DNA of 62,036 nt, the filler included, from Candidatus Hydrogenedentota bacterium (GTDB taxonomy: Bacteria; JBFMHD01): the NCBI GenBank assembly GCA_040752395.1. It is 8 parts of 8 records of this genome, joined end to end, with 100 filler letters (N's around TTAATTAATTAA, not from the genome) between each part and the next. Parts side by side here need not be neighbours in the genome. Positions count along the whole stretch, not along the records: positions 39,434 to 46,922 come from JBFMHD010000136.1; positions 47,023 to 54,497 come from JBFMHD010000137.1; positions 54,598 to 62,036 come from JBFMHD010000138.1; 5 more parts are not named here. One strand, written 5' to 3'. A program made the position numbers and the translations under genes. The notes beneath the pieces are model-generated. The model had not been told where the DNA came from, ran no database searches, and saw only the letters and a list, made by a program, of their open reading frames with translations. The number at the start of each line of letters is the position of its first letter. Positions within the stretch are counted from its first letter, which is position 1. Below, piece after piece: positions 46,177 to 55,535 of this stretch.

Positions 46177-46265
46177 GAACGTGTGAAATAATCATCATTA
46201 ATACCGGCTAACTCTTTTATTATCACTCCCTGTTTTCTAAAAAAGTCTAATTTTTTCATACGTTC
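46177..46265. mobile_element. 89-bp MITE (family A), copy 1
   Basis: TIR GAACGTGTGAAA/TTTCATACGTTC flanked by a TCA...TCA 3-bp duplication; inverted copy at 57363-57451. Confidence 0.85.
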
Positions 46266-46420
46266 TCAGTCTTCAGTGGGATTCCGTAATCTTGCTTCTT
46301 GCTTCTAAAGTATAAGTTCTACTGCACCAATAACTGAGGCATTACGTTTAAAAGAAAATTTATATTGACTTCTCTTTAATATATAATATCTTAATAATAT
46401 CTTATCCTGTAGTTAAGTTA

Positions 46421-46482
46421 TAAGATAACGAAAGAGGTGAGAGGCAAGAAGCAAGATAATGAATAAGGTAAGAAGTATCAGA
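46421..46482. repeat. AGATAACG/AGAGGCA/AGAAGTATCA modules upstream of tRNA-Cys
   Basis: Same units as the other mosaics. Confidence 0.7.
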
Positions 46483-46501
46483 TAAGATATAAAATTTTAC
46501 A

Positions 46502-46574
46502 GGCGACGTACCCAAGAGGCTAAGGGAGCGGTCTGCAAAACCGCGATTCGCCGGTTCAACTCCGGCCGTCGCCT
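46502..46574 (+). tRNA. tRNA-Cys (GCA)
   Basis: Acceptor stem GGCGACG/CGTCGCC, anticodon arm GCGGT-CTGCAAA-ACCGC, T arm GCCGG-TTCAACT-CCGGC, discriminator T; CCA not encoded. Confidence 0.96.
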
Positions 46575-46639
46575 CTAAATGTTGAGAAAACCGGGACGGT
46601 TCTTGTTTCTGCATTCCGCATTTTTTTAAGGATGTTGTC

Positions 46640-46922
46640 TTCAGGCTACAGACTACAGGCTTCAGCCGGCTGTAGCCCGTAGCCCGAAGTCTGAAGCCTG
46701 TCCTCATACTTCTCACTTCCCACTTCTTACTTTTAAAGGCACAGAGGCACAAAGGCACAAAGAAGACAGGAGACAGGAGACAGAAGATAAAAAGATTGAA
46801 ATATTGAAAAAATTGAAAAATTCAAAAATTAAGTAGTGAGGGCCAAAAGACCCGTCGTAAGCAAATAAATTTGCAATTTACAATTCGAAATTCAAAAGAA
46901 TTTCGCCTATCTTGCTTCTTGC
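46640..46922. repeat. Mosaic repeat (reverse orientation): CAGCCGGCTG hairpin, TACTTCT, GGCACAGA, AGACAGG, ATTGAAAA arrays
   Basis: Read directly; the contig ends inside a TCTTGCT array. Confidence 0.88.
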
Positions 46923-47022
46923 NNNNNNNNNNNNNNNNNNNNNNNNNNNNNNNNNNNNNNNNNNNNTTAATTAATTAANNNNNNNNNNNNNNNNNNNNNN
47001 NNNNNNNNNNNNNNNNNNNNNN
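46923..47022. other. Artificial contig linker
   Basis: N-TTAATTAATTAA-N. Confidence 0.99.
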
Positions 47023-47040
47023 AGGGGATGGGTCATAGGG

Positions 47041-47208
47041 GGCTCCAGCCGGCTGTAGTCCGTAGCCTGTAGCCCGTCCTGACACCTCTCACTTCTTCCG
47101 TTATCTTGCTTCTTGCCTCTTGCTTCTTTCGTTATCTTTCTTTCCGTTATCTTGCTTCTTGCTTCTACTTGATATCATTAGAGTTACAATGTTTTTCAGA
47201 GGAGGAGG
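47041..47208 (+). repeat. Mosaic repeat ending in the leader module TTTTTCAGAGGAGGAGG
   Basis: Half hairpin, TCTTGCT arrays and leader; abuts ATG 47213. Confidence 0.92.
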
Positions 47209-47212
47209 CGCG

Positions 47213-47983
47213 ATGGATCGCAGAGATTATTTAAAACTTTTATTCAGTTTTATATGTGCTAATTTCATCCCATATAAAATAAAAGCAGAGGCGCTTGCTG
47301 AGGTCTTCACTTTTTCGCAGATAAAATATAATAAGGGTGACTGGAATCCCGACCCCTCTGCTGCTTTGAACCTTTTAAAAAGAGTAGAAAGTTTTACAAG
47401 TGTCCTTACTGATAAAAGGTTTGATAATTACAGGAACGTAGTGGATATAACAAAAGACAATATTTTTGAGTACCCTTTTTTGTATATAACAGGGCATTAT
47501 GAATTTGAGGAATTTTCTAATGACGTTATCCATAGATTAAGAGTATTTCTATCTAATGGCGGTCTTCTTGTTTGTGACGATTGTGCTGGTACAAGTGGTA
47601 TGGGGTTTGATAAAAGTATAAGAAACCTTATAAAAAGCATCTTCCCTGACAAATCCTTATTACCCTTACCCTATGACCATACAATTTTTCAGACATATTT
47701 TTTAATACAGGATTTTAGAATCGGCAGACGGCTTATAACAAGGAGTGTTGAGGGAGTAGATATAGGTGATTTAACACCCGTGCTTTATTTCAGGAACGAT
47801 TTAGGTTGCGCCTGGGAGATGGAGAACAACAGATGGGTTCACAATTGTGTACCATATGGTGAATTACAGAGGGCGCTTGCATTTAAGATGGGCGTAAATA
47901 TTGTAATGTATGCCTTGTGTGCTAACTACAAAAAAGACGAGATACATATCCCTGAGATTATGAGGAAACGGGGCAGACGATAG
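47213..47983 (+). CDS. DUF4159 domain protein with twin-arginine-like N-terminus
   Basis: MDRRDYLKLL; KY..GDWNPDP, YPFLYITGH, GGLL..DDC, LPYDH.IF, NDLGCAWE, AF.MGVNIVMYAL..NYK.D..H. Confidence 0.85.
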   Translation: MDRRDYLKLLFSFICANFIPYKIKAEALAEVFTFSQIKYNKGDWNPDPSAALNLLKRVESFTSVLTDKRFDNYRNVVDITKDNIFEYPFLYITGHYEFEEFSNDVIHRLRVFLSNGGLLVCDDCAGTSGMGFDKSIRNLIKSIFPDKSLLPLPYDHTIFQTYFLIQDFRIGRRLITRSVEGVDIGDLTPVLYFRNDLGCAWEMENNRWVHNCVPYGELQRALAFKMGVNIVMYALCANYKKDEIHIPEIMRKRGRR

Positions 47984-47986
47984 AGT

Positions 47987-50113
47987 ATGTTTAAAACTGA
48001 TTCGAAGATAGCTGATTTATTATTAATTATTCTTTTTGGTTTATTCATCTTTTTTATATTAGCGATTCTACTATTCCCGAATCTTACTTTTTTCACAAGA
48101 CATAAAGAAAAGTCATCTATAGCTGTGTTAATAGATGCAACAGAAAGTATGAACCTCCCTTACGATGAAAACACAACACGAATCCACGCCGCTAAAAATA
48201 AACTCTTAAAACTTAAAGAGGATGTTCTTGATGAATACATAGAAAATGGGGGCAGCGTGGAATATTTTAAATTTGGTGAAAAATTAAATAACTTAACTGA
48301 TTTACAGAATCTGCACTGCGAAAAATCACTCTTTACTAATTTATATAGCGTATTACGAGAAACAATTAGAGGGAAGTTACAGTCAAGACTTAAAGGCATT
48401 ATTCTTCTCTCTGATGGTGGTCAGACAGAGCAGGATATACTTGATGAATCAATTCTTCCAGTATATGTTTTACCTGCTCTTAAATATGAAAAGGTAAGGG
48501 ATATATTTATTGAAGACGTAGATTATCCAGATGTTGTTTTTACAGCTAAAGAAGACACTCTTTTAGTTTATATAGGTAATAAAGAATTTGATAATGAAGA
48601 GGTAACCATCACTCTATATAGAAATAACGAAAAACTCAATCAAAAGAAGATAAGATTAATAACCCAAAATGAGAGGGTTGAGTTCAGATTATTTGAAGAT
48701 AAACAGGGTGAAGTAAAATACAGGATTGAGATAGCGAAAAAGAAGGCCGAATTACTATTCTTAAATAATTATTTTGAATGGAGCACGAGTGTGCTTAAAG
48801 ATAAGATAAGGGTTATGTGTATAAGCGGCAGACCGCGGTGGGAGTATAAATTTTTAAGGACATTACTTAAACAGGACCCTAAAGTCGAGCTCGTTTCTTT
48901 TGTTATATTAAGAGAACCTGAACAGAATCTCCCATTCGCTGAAAACGAACTCTCTTTAATCCCATTTCCTATACGTGAGATATTATATAAAAATCTGGAT
49001 AATTTTGATCTACTTGTGCTTGATAATTTTGATTATTCAAGATTCTCGATGTTTTTTCCAGCATACTACCTTGACCAGATTGAAAGATTCGTTTCAAACT
49101 CAGGCGGACTTTTGATACTTGGCGGAAGCAAATCATTTAATAGAAATTATAAAAATACCGCCATTGATAGAATATCACCATTGATCGTTTCTATAAACGA
49201 TGAAACGTATAAAGAAGAAAAATTTAAAATAACCATACCCGATAAAGCGTATAATCATCCAATATTAGGTGGTGTCTCGCCTTCTGAATGGAACGCATAT
49301 CCTGAACTTATTGATTATAATCTAACTGAAGATGCAAAACCCGAAGCTATTGTGCTTGGATGTCACCCTGTTGTTAGAACGCGGGATAATAAACCGTTAC
49401 CAATAATTGCTGTTATGGAATATGGGAAAGGTAGAGTTATGGCAGTAGCGAGCGGTTCTACGTACAGATGGAATTTTATCTCAACTGGTGAAGGCAAGGC
49501 AAATACCCATTATTACAGATTTTTTCACAAAGCCATACGATGGCTTATTAAAAATCCTGAACTGCAGCCTATTAGATTAAATCTCGCTTTTAATAGAATA
49601 AAAGAAAATGAAACTCAAAAAATTGATATATATACTTTAGACGAGTATTACGAACCTTTAGAAAACGTAAAGGTAAAAGTTATAATTAAAGATTCAAAGA
49701 ATAAAGAATATTATCCATCTCTTAAGGATAAACCTTTCAAGGGACTTTATAGTTATTCGTTTATACCTTCTTCGCCAGGTGTATATGAGGTCACCGCACT
49801 GATATCCACTGAAAACAAACCAACACAGACTTTACAGAAAACTTTTACTGTTGAGATTTTAAGCAAAGAGCTTATAACCGGCACTGGTAATATGCTTTTA
49901 CTTGAAAAAATTGCAAAAATATCTAAAGGTATGATAATTAAGAATGAAGGAGAATTTGCCCTATTAAAAGAAAGATTGAAAAAAGATATCGCTATGTCTT
50001 TTGTCGATGTGGAGAATGTTATTCGTTGGTGGAATTCTAAAGGAGTATTGATGATAGGGTCAGGCATAGTTTTATTACACTGGGTCTTAAGAAAAAGGTG
50101 GAGTGGAAGATGA
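47987..50113 (+). CDS. Membrane protein with VWA-like and glutamine-amidotransferase-like domains
   Basis: VLIDATESM (MIDAS-like), ILLSDGG, GRPRWEYKFLR.LLK.DP.V.LVSF.ILR, ELSLIPFP, GG.L..GG, GKGRV, C-terminal W.LRK. Confidence 0.78.
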   Translation: MFKTDSKIADLLLIILFGLFIFFILAILLFPNLTFFTRHKEKSSIAVLIDATESMNLPYDENTTRIHAAKNKLLKLKEDVLDEYIENGGSVEYFKFGEKLNNLTDLQNLHCEKSLFTNLYSVLRETIRGKLQSRLKGIILLSDGGQTEQDILDESILPVYVLPALKYEKVRDIFIEDVDYPDVVFTAKEDTLLVYIGNKEFDNEEVTITLYRNNEKLNQKKIRLITQNERVEFRLFEDKQGEVKYRIEIAKKKAELLFLNNYFEWSTSVLKDKIRVMCISGRPRWEYKFLRTLLKQDPKVELVSFVILREPEQNLPFAENELSLIPFPIREILYKNLDNFDLLVLDNFDYSRFSMFFPAYYLDQIERFVSNSGGLLILGGSKSFNRNYKNTAIDRISPLIVSINDETYKEEKFKITIPDKAYNHPILGGVSPSEWNAYPELIDYNLTEDAKPEAIVLGCHPVVRTRDNKPLPIIAVMEYGKGRVMAVASGSTYRWNFISTGEGKANTHYYRFFHKAIRWLIKNPELQPIRLNLAFNRIKENETQKIDIYTLDEYYEPLENVKVKVIIKDSKNKEYYPSLKDKPFKGLYSYSFIPSSPGVYEVTALISTENKPTQTLQKTFTVEILSKELITGTGNMLLLEKIAKISKGMIIKNEGEFALLKERLKKDIAMSFVDVENVIRWWNSKGVLMIGSGIVLLHWVLRKRWSGR

Positions 50114-52926
50114 GTGATATTTCTTTATACATGAGAAAAATCCAGGTGTTTTATATTCTTTCGTTATGCATAAAAATATTTATCCCTGTATATGTTATCT
50201 CGTATTATTTTTTCAGAATATCATTATATTATATAAACGAAGTCAGGTATATACTGTTTTTCGCCATATCAATTTTTTTTATCTTCGGTATCATCTATTT
50301 TTCTAAAAAATTACATCCAAGAGTCAATTTAATGAAACAGACAAAAATGTTGGAAGAAGAATTTGAGGTGAGATATTCATTATTAAGGAATGCTCTATCT
50401 TATGAAAAAATGGGAACCAAACATTATATCGTTGACAGAATCAATTATCTTGCTAATGAAACATTGAATCAATTGAAAAAGGCTATAATAAAAAGGTTTC
50501 CGATAATACATCTTTTTTTGATTATATGTTTTATACACAGTATGGGGTTTATAGAAAAAGAACTTTATTTAAGTAAAAAGTCATCATTATATGAAAAACA
50601 GATATTTGAAAAGGTTTTAGCGATACAAAAGATGCTCTTTACAATAAGAGAGCCTGCATATACGGGTGGTGAAACTAAATTAGTAGAAGATAATGTCCTT
50701 TACCTGAAAATAAAAGAAGGGTCAATATTAGAAGGAGAGATAACGCTGAATGATATCGCTGATAGTGTAATCATCACAGAAAAAGATAAGAATGAGTTTT
50801 GTGGTGAACTACACCTGAATAAAAATATAATTAATTTAAATTCAATTATTTCAGAAGACAGACACATAAATATCTCAGGAAATAAGAATAATAGAACCTA
50901 TGAATTGACCACACTTGATTTTGAGGTCGTAAAAGATTTTGCTCCACTCGTTGAAATTATCGAGCCTTATACTGATATAGAAGTCGTTAAAAATACTGAA
51001 TTCCCTTTAACATTTCTAATATCTGATGATTATGGTATCAGAGAGGCATGGTTGTGTTATCACAAAGTTGGTGATAATGTTTTATATAAGCGAAAAATAA
51101 AGATTACAGATACAAAGAACCGAATCAAAGAGACTATTGTTATTGATTTACTTGAACTTGAGCTTCAGGGGATCACAGGTGATTTTATTCTGTTTATTAC
51201 AGCGCTCGATAATGATAAAGTGAATGGTTATAAAAGTGGGGAGAGCGAGAAACGAAGGATTAAAATTGTTGATGTCTCACATAAAGAAGTAGTAGAAAGA
51301 TACGAACAGCTTATTGATTACTTGTATGAAGTGCTTGAAATGGGGCTTATGGCCCAGGGAAAATATATATCCGATACCAGTTCCTTGCTACATGATATTA
51401 ATTCGTTACTTAATAATCTCGCTCATCTTAATGAATTTTATAAAGATATTTTAGAAAGAGCAAGAGAAGACCCACTGACTTTTCAGAGTACTCTCGATAA
51501 AATGCAGAGTATACAAAGCAATCTTGATTTTGTCTCAAATAGTATGCGAGAGAAAATGTTTGCAGATAATAGAGAAAATCCCATTGATGACATTGTAAAC
51601 AGTCTTGAAAGGTCTGTATTACAGAATGAAGAACTATTAAAAGAGATGAATCTGGGGGACATGTATAAATCGGTAGAAGATGCAAGACTCGCTGGTGATA
51701 AAATGCGCGAGATACTTGCAAGCGATATGGAAAAAATGCGTAAAGTCGAAGAAATTATGAGAGAGATTAGAAGGGTTCAAAATGCCATTTCCGAGATAGC
51801 TAAAAAACTGCAGGAAATGACTAAACAACTGCCAGATGATTTTATTAATTCACGCTCTGTTAGTGAGCTAGATATGTCTGATATGAATAAAAATATGGAG
51901 GATATTCATAACGCTTTTGAAAAAGGCGATATGGATGAGATAATTAAACAGGCTGAAAATCTCTTAAAGAGCTTGCAGGAAAAATTAGGCCAGATGGAAG
52001 AAGCTCTAAAAGAAATGGATAAAGGGAAAGGAGACGAAGAAACCGCAAACAAGATGAGTGAACAATCCTCTGAACTTGATGATATAATAAAAGACCAGGA
52101 GTACATCGTAAAATCTCTTGACGCTATGGATGATATCTACACAGAAAATCTAAAAAATTATTATGATAGATACTTCTCTTCTATAAATCAGGATTTACAG
52201 CGATTAAAAGACGAATTAAAAAACGAAACTGATATTTTAGAATCATTAAAAAGATTAGAAGAAGAGATAAATAAAAAGAATTTTGATAGCATAAAAGAAG
52301 GACTCTCTGATTTAACTAATAATCAAGATACGAGGGTTCAGAATTATGCAAGCGGTTTCCTCGATAAAATTGAGCCTGATAAGAAAACCAATCAAAAAAT
52401 GATGTCTGATAAGTCAGATGATGTAGAAAAACTAAAAGAGATGCAAAATGACTTATCTGATACTATGTTAAATTTTTATCGAAAAATTACTTCTTTAGCT
52501 GAACTTACCCCCCTCATATCAGAGGAAATGTTAAATAATTCAAGAAGCGCGTACGAATCTATGATTAAAGCAGCAAAAGAGGGTGAATTATATCGAACAG
52601 ATAGATTCTTACAATATGCAAGAGATGCCTTGTTTTATTTGAGTTCTGTAGCTCAGGGAATAAAGAATATCAAGATGCCTACCCCGATGCTCCAGAGTTA
52701 TAAACAATCTATGTATAGACAGATTATAACATGTTATAGACCATTATTACCAGGAAGAAGAGGGGTCAATGGTAGAGACCCGGAAGCCTATGTTAAAATA
52801 CCAGAACCAGATTCTTATAGAGTAAAATCTACGCAGAGAGACAGGGTTTTAAAAGAGATGCAAAAAGAGATTCCCAGAGGTTATGAAACTGATGTTAAAG
52901 AATATTTTAAAAGGATTCTTGAGTGA
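50110..52926 (+). CDS. DUF4175-like membrane-anchored coiled-coil protein
   Basis: N-terminal TMs, P.YTG, D.AP.VEI..P, DDYGI, A.DND.VNG.K.G.S, long coiled coil, C-terminal 'V.IP......R..VL..M....P.GY...V..YF..I'. Confidence 0.72.
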   Translation: MSDISLYMRKIQVFYILSLCIKIFIPVYVISYYFFRISLYYINEVRYILFFAISIFFIFGIIYFSKKLHPRVNLMKQTKMLEEEFEVRYSLLRNALSYEKMGTKHYIVDRINYLANETLNQLKKAIIKRFPIIHLFLIICFIHSMGFIEKELYLSKKSSLYEKQIFEKVLAIQKMLFTIREPAYTGGETKLVEDNVLYLKIKEGSILEGEITLNDIADSVIITEKDKNEFCGELHLNKNIINLNSIISEDRHINISGNKNNRTYELTTLDFEVVKDFAPLVEIIEPYTDIEVVKNTEFPLTFLISDDYGIREAWLCYHKVGDNVLYKRKIKITDTKNRIKETIVIDLLELELQGITGDFILFITALDNDKVNGYKSGESEKRRIKIVDVSHKEVVERYEQLIDYLYEVLEMGLMAQGKYISDTSSLLHDINSLLNNLAHLNEFYKDILERAREDPLTFQSTLDKMQSIQSNLDFVSNSMREKMFADNRENPIDDIVNSLERSVLQNEELLKEMNLGDMYKSVEDARLAGDKMREILASDMEKMRKVEEIMREIRRVQNAISEIAKKLQEMTKQLPDDFINSRSVSELDMSDMNKNMEDIHNAFEKGDMDEIIKQAENLLKSLQEKLGQMEEALKEMDKGKGDEETANKMSEQSSELDDIIKDQEYIVKSLDAMDDIYTENLKNYYDRYFSSINQDLQRLKDELKNETDILESLKRLEEEINKKNFDSIKEGLSDLTNNQDTRVQNYASGFLDKIEPDKKTNQKMMSDKSDDVEKLKEMQNDLSDTMLNFYRKITSLAELTPLISEEMLNNSRSAYESMIKAAKEGELYRTDRFLQYARDALFYLSSVAQGIKNIKMPTPMLQSYKQSMYRQIITCYRPLLPGRRGVNGRDPEAYVKIPEPDSYRVKSTQRDRVLKEMQKEIPRGYETDVKEYFKRILE

Positions 52927-54391
52927 AATAGCTGTTTTCTATCTTCTATCTTCTATCTTTTTCGTTTCGTCAGGTTTGTATGCTACTAATTATTCTTTAG
53001 CTAAAAGATACCTGGAGTTGTGGGAACCTGAGCTTGCTCTTTCTGAGGTTGGTGAAGATGAGAGTATTACTGCAAGACGAATTATAGCACAGGCTTATCA
53101 CTATCTTGGCAGATATGACGATGCTATTAAAATGTACGAGGGTTTTCAAAGAAACAGAAAAGACGAGGAAGAATATCAGTATCTTAAAGACATCAGAGAG
53201 TATCATAAACAATTTAAAAAATACGAGTCTCTAAATTTTATAGTCCACGCCATCCCTGAAGATGAAAAAACAGCACATTTTATATTAAATGGGCTTGAAA
53301 AAGCCTATAATCTTTACAGCAAGATATTTGATTTCAGATTAAATAATAAATTAGCGGTTGAGGTCTATTCTGAAATACAATCTTTTAATCGTGCATCTTC
53401 TTTAAGTAAGAGACAGATAGAAATTTCAGGCGCGATAGGTATCTGCCGATTTAATCGCTTGATGTTTTTATCACCAGGTGCAACTATGCTTGGTTATAGA
53501 TATGTTAATACTGGTGTCCATGAATTTTTTCATTATATTATTTATAAAAAGACAAAGGCTAATTGTCCTATATGGATTCATGAAGGGTCTGCGAGATTTT
53601 TTGAAGGTTTTTTCAAAAAAAAAAGTGTTTCGAATTTTCTTACTGAGGAACAGATAAATCTTTTACTTGATGCCTGTGAAACTGACCAATGGGTCAGTTT
53701 TGATGATATGGAGCCCTCTCTTGTAGATTTGCCAAAACCAAGCGATGTGAGTCTCGCATTCGCTATCGCATCTATTACAGTTGATTTTCTTACAGAAAGC
53801 GGTAAGAATTTAGAAATAATGAAGAAGATATATGAGGGCTTAGGGGCTGGTAAAAACTGGCGTGATATAATTTACGAACAGAAGGGAATAAAATCTGATG
53901 AGCTCTTTAATAAAATAAAAGAACATATAATGTCAAAAAATTATAAAAGGGTTCCTGGAGCTACACTTAAATTAAAACATATACTTGATAAACGCGAACA
54001 GAGTTTTAATCCAGAGAATGATTTAAAAATTATAGAACAACCAAAGATTAGAGAATATCTTCAGATAGGTGATGGGTTCAGGATGCGTGGTAGAAATAGA
54101 GCTGCGTTAATAGAATATAAAAAAGCATTAAAGCTTGACGCACTCAGTGAGGTTATATTAACAAGAATCGGGATCACTTACAGACTTCTTGGCGAAATAG
54201 ATAAAGCCATAGAGAATTTGAACCGAGCCACAGAAACAAATGATGCATATCCTACACCATATAAATATCTTGGGATAATTTATAAAGAAAAAGGAGATAT
54301 AAAAAGAGCGAAAGAATATATCGAGGAAGCACTTGAGATTCAACCCTATGACCCGGAACTCTACAAAATACTCGATTCTTGCAATCAGTAA
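52883..54391 (+). CDS. Peptidase MA-like (HExxH) protein with TPR repeats
   Basis: HEFFH...PIWIHEG gluzincin motif; N- and C-terminal TPRs. Start codon uncertain. Confidence 0.8.
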   Translation: MKLMLKNILKGFLSEIAVFYLLSSIFFVSSGLYATNYSLAKRYLELWEPELALSEVGEDESITARRIIAQAYHYLGRYDDAIKMYEGFQRNRKDEEEYQYLKDIREYHKQFKKYESLNFIVHAIPEDEKTAHFILNGLEKAYNLYSKIFDFRLNNKLAVEVYSEIQSFNRASSLSKRQIEISGAIGICRFNRLMFLSPGATMLGYRYVNTGVHEFFHYIIYKKTKANCPIWIHEGSARFFEGFFKKKSVSNFLTEEQINLLLDACETDQWVSFDDMEPSLVDLPKPSDVSLAFAIASITVDFLTESGKNLEIMKKIYEGLGAGKNWRDIIYEQKGIKSDELFNKIKEHIMSKNYKRVPGATLKLKHILDKREQSFNPENDLKIIEQPKIREYLQIGDGFRMRGRNRAALIEYKKALKLDALSEVILTRIGITYRLLGEIDKAIENLNRATETNDAYPTPYKYLGIIYKEKGDIKRAKEYIEEALEIQPYDPELYKILDSCNQ

Positions 54392-54403
54392 ATATCTGAA
54401 TAA

Positions 54404-54497
54404 GAGGTCTCTTTTAAAACCTCATTTTTTAAACATGGGTCTAAAGTCTAAAGAACGGGTCTTGGGAACCTCTTTACATTATATTGATTATATTGAA
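54404..54497 (+). mobile_element. MITE-like family B, left part (cut by contig end)
   Basis: Aligns with 46025-46108. Confidence 0.7.
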
Positions 54498-54597
54498 NNN
54501 NNNNNNNNNNNNNNNNNNNNNNNNNNNNNNNNNNNNNNNNNTTAATTAATTAANNNNNNNNNNNNNNNNNNNNNNNNNNNNNNNNNNNNNNNNNNNN
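54498..54597. other. Artificial contig linker
   Basis: N-TTAATTAATTAA-N. Confidence 0.99.
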
Positions 54598-54598
54598 T

Positions 54599-54760
54599 CA
54601 TCCTGATTTACGCACGTGGCAGACACTACCCTGTAGTTTTCAATTAAAAAATTTCTATGTTGATAAAGGCGAACACTCAATAACAATTGATGGTAATATA
54701 GAACTTAATCTTAGAATCAATGATTATAAACCGAGTATATTATTTATACGAATCCCGTAA
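54599..54760 (+). CDS. C-terminal end of a COG3014-like lipoprotein (truncated by contig start)
   Basis: HPDLRTWQTLPCSFQLKNFYVDKGEHSITI...FIRIP* matches the 'D.R.W.TLP...Q.......G.H.I' tail. Confidence 0.55.
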   Translation, partial: HPDLRTWQTLPCSFQLKNFYVDKGEHSITIDGNIELNLRINDYKPSILFIRIP

Positions 54761-54788
54761 AATTAGTGAATATTAAACTGCAACTTCT

Positions 54789-54857
54789 TGTAGTGCTCCA
54801 CGTTTGTCGAGACATTTTTTAGTAAATTTTCGGCACATTTTGACCTGACCATTCTAA
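54789..54857. mobile_element. IS terminal sequence (TGT-start), copy 2, isolated
   Basis: 66/69 identical to 30551-30619; no transposase adjacent. Confidence 0.7.
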
Positions 54858-54874
54858 TCAGGGGAGCAGTATAC

Positions 54875-55520
54875 ATGCCTCAACTCTTTTCTCTTGACGG
54901 TTCTCTTTATTTCAATTTAAATAAACTTTTCGAACAGACCCTGGTATTCCATTTGTCCAAACCGCCATCCGGAGATATATTGTCAAGATTAGGAGTTATG
55001 TACAGTGCATTTGTCTCATATCCGTCACTTGGTGTATCCGCATTAGCTGGCATTATTCTTTGTTCAATATGGCGAAAACCTCAGACCAACTTCATACTGA
55101 TTTATATAATTCTCTCTCTGCTCTTTTTTTCAGTTTATAAAGCATTGTTTCTGCATCACGTTACGGTTATCATCCCTCTTCTATCGATTGTGGCCGGCAT
55201 AGGTTTAATCAGACTATACCATCTCATCGTTACCCGGAATAAACTCTTGGGTGCTTTGATTATATTATCTGCTACAGATGTTGATGACTATGTTGTTAGT
55301 GATGAACAGATTATTACTTTTTTTCTAAAAACAAGTTACCACCTGACCTTGTTGATACTTCAAACTATAGGATCGTTACCGGCTATCTTGGTTCTAGTAT
55401 GTTGATACAATCCCTGATAAAATATAACGTTAAACTGGTTATATTCTCAAGCGGTAGATTTATGAAACTTTCGGATTTTGTAAACTACGTCAAAACCAAT
55501 GCAACATTTTGTAAGGGGAT
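54875..55520 (+). pseudogene. Degraded GT-C glycosyltransferase fragment with frameshift
   Basis: TM segments and LFLHH, then VVSDEQIITFF. After the T7 run (55318-55324) another frame continues SKNKLPPDLVDTSNYRIVTGYL...FSSGRF. The 5' half is missing. Confidence 0.62.
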
Positions 55521-55535
55521 GACTATATTAAGATT

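Noticed and set aside
46402-46758. 118-aa minus-strand ORF (and similar ORFs at 24030, 30131, 30414, 39382)
   Set aside because: Shadow translations of tRNA-Cys and repeat modules with low-complexity periodic peptides.
46575-46922. Prophage or island integrated at tRNA-Cys
   Set aside because: There is no integrase or duplicated tRNA 3' end before the contig ends, only repeat modules. It cannot be excluded beyond the break.
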